A stretch of 30,044 nucleotides of DNA from Actinomycetota bacterium (GTDB lineage: Bacteria; Actinomycetota; UBA4738; HRBIN12): assembly GCA_046094605.1 (NCBI GenBank), contig JBJTHT010000154.1, positions 1 through 30,044 on the forward strand, written 5' to 3'. Shown here piece by piece: positions 28,490 to 30,044 of this stretch. Both the position numbers and the translations under genes were made by a program. The notes under the pieces are model-generated. The model did not search any database and was not told the origin of the DNA. It saw only the letters and a list, made by a program, of their open reading frames with translations. Positions within the stretch are counted from its first letter, which is position 1; the number at the start of each line of letters is the position of its first letter.

Positions 28490-29938
28490 TCAGAGCCGGA
28501 AGTCGAGGTCGGCCGACACGTCGGCCACGTCCATCTGCGCCTTCTGCAGGCGCCCGCTGTAGTCCCAGTTCATCGCCTGCCAGCGGGTGAACTGATCGAG
28601 GACCCACACCCCCGACTGGCGCGACCCGTTGCCGCTGCGGCCGTTCCCGCCGAAGGGCAGATGCGCCTCCGCGCCGGACGTCGAGTTGTTGATGGACACC
28701 ATCCCGGCCGAGATCCGCTCGCGGAAGCGGAACACGGCGGTGGGGTTGCGCGTGTAGATCGCCGCCGAGAGGCCGTACCCGTGGCCGTTGGCGAGCGCGA
28801 TCGCCTCCTCGAGGTCCGCGAACCGCGCGACGCCGACGATCGGCCCGAACGTCTCCTGCTTCGCGAGGTCGTCGTCGGGCCGGACGCCCGCGACGATCGT
28901 CGGGTGCGCGAAGAACCCCCGATCGGGATCGCCGACGAAGCCACGACGCGGGTTGGCCGCGGTGATGCGGCCGGTCCCCTTCGACCCGGCGACCGCGTGG
29001 TGGGGCTGCACCCAGTCGAGCCAGCCCTCGAAGCGCTCGAGGAACCGCTCGCTGATCATCGGCCCGTAGAGCACGTCCCGCGTCGGATCGCCGATCGCCG
29101 CTCCTTCGACCGCCGCGGTGAAGCGCGCGAGGAACTCGTCGTACACCGACGCGTGGACGATCGCGGTCCCGAGCGAGGTGCAGCGCTGGCCGGCGGTCCC
29201 GAACCCGGAGAAGAGCGCGCCCTCGACCGCGAGATCGAGTTCGGCGTCGGGCATCACGACGAGCGGGTTCTTGCCGCCGAGCTCCAGGCAGGGCGTCTGC
29301 AGGTGGCGCCCGCAGAGTTCCCCGATGCGACGACCCACCTCCGTGGAACCCGTGAAGCCGACCTTGTCCACGAGGCCCTCGGCGAGCGCGCGCTCGAGGC
29401 CCGCCGAGGTCTGCGGTCCGTCGGTGAGGACCGTCGAGAAGACGCCGGTGGGCACGCCCGCGTGCAGCAGCAGACGGGTGAACGCCTCGGCGGTCGCGGG
29501 CGCGTACTCGGCGGGCTTCCAGACGATCGCGTCGCCGCACACGAGCGCCGGCACGATGTACCAGGACGGGACCGCGACCGGGAAGTTCCCCGCGGTCACG
29601 ATCGCGGCGACGCCCACCGGCACGCGGAACGTGAACAGTTGCTTGTCGGGCAGTTCCGACGGGACCGTCATGCCGTAGAGGCGACGGCCCTCCGAGAGGA
29701 AGAAGTTGCAGGTGTCGACGACCTCCTGCACCTCGCCGCGCGCCTCGCGGATCGGCTTGCCGATCTCCCGCGTGATGATGGCGGCCAGCGCCTCGGCGTT
29801 GGCCTCGACGAGACGGCCGAACTGCTGCACGACGCGGCCGCGGATCGGCGCGGGCACCCGGCCCCACGCGACCTGCGCCTCACGGGCGACGCGCGCGGCC
29901 TCGACGAACGTCGTCGCATCGCCGAGGCGGACCTCCAC
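28490..29938 (-). CDS. NAD(P)-dependent aldehyde dehydrogenase family protein (5' end probably missing)
   Basis: GNFP, WKPAE, FTGS, LELGGKN, GQRCT (Cys), ETFGP, PFGG..RSGNG. The frame stays open upstream of 29938 into low-quality sequence, so the start is uncertain. Confidence 0.9.
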   Translation of the reverse strand: MEVRLGDATTFVEAARVAREAQVAWGRVPAPIRGRVVQQFGRLVEANAEALAAIITREIGKPIREARGEVQEVVDTCNFFLSEGRRLYGMTVPSELPDKQLFTFRVPVGVAAIVTAGNFPVAVPSWYIVPALVCGDAIVWKPAEYAPATAEAFTRLLLHAGVPTGVFSTVLTDGPQTSAGLERALAEGLVDKVGFTGSTEVGRRIGELCGRHLQTPCLELGGKNPLVVMPDAELDLAVEGALFSGFGTAGQRCTSLGTAIVHASVYDEFLARFTAAVEGAAIGDPTRDVLYGPMISERFLERFEGWLDWVQPHHAVAGSKGTGRITAANPRRGFVGDPDRGFFAHPTIVAGVRPDDDLAKQETFGPIVGVARFADLEEAIALANGHGYGLSAAIYTRNPTAVFRFRERISAGMVSINNSTSGAEAHLPFGGNGRSGNGSRQSGVWVLDQFTRWQAMNWDYSGRLQKAQMDVADVSADLDFRL

Positions 29939-30044
29939 GCGGCCACCGGCCGAACAGCTGCACGACGCGGCCGGGGGGCGCGGGGTGCAGCAGTTCGGCC
30001 GGGGGGCGGCGCCCCGGGGGGGGGCGCGGGGGCCGTGCCGGGCG

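Noticed and set aside
29947-30044. 27-nt direct copy (1 mismatch) of 29814-29840 at 29947-29973, then a 17-nt inverted copy at 29985-30001 and G runs
   Set aside because: This fold-back duplication of nearby ALDH coding sequence at the contig end replaces the ALDH N-terminus. It is best explained as a chimeric read or assembly artefact, not a TIR, telomere or CRISPR repeat. Read mapping would settle it.

Overview
This is a very GC-rich, densely packed housekeeping region from an actinobacterium outside the mycolata. The sequence looks like an assembled contig with low-quality ends. Most genes lie on the minus strand in the typical actinobacterial core order: tRNA-Pro, tig, clpP, clpX, valS, folC, ndk, mreBCD, mrdA, rodA, rne, rplU, rpmA, obgE, nadD, rsfS, tRNA-Ala, leuS, comEA. 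Several genes interrupt that backbone: a plus-strand type II fatty-acid synthesis cluster (fabD-fabH-fabG-acpP-fabF) between ndk and mreB, a Balon/Rv2629-like baeRF2 protein lacking GGQ with a divergent DUF1801 gene, a small PH-like protein between rpmA and obgE, and a small HExxH metalloprotease-like protein between tRNA-Pro and tig. tRNA-Gly and a 5'-incomplete aldehyde dehydrogenase close the window. folC is frameshifted near its 3' end. Many genes have a TANNNT -10 box 6-8 nt before the start codon, which suggests widespread leaderless mRNAs. No mobile element, CRISPR array, rRNA or defence system is supported. All family assignments come from motif recognition by eye, not database searches.
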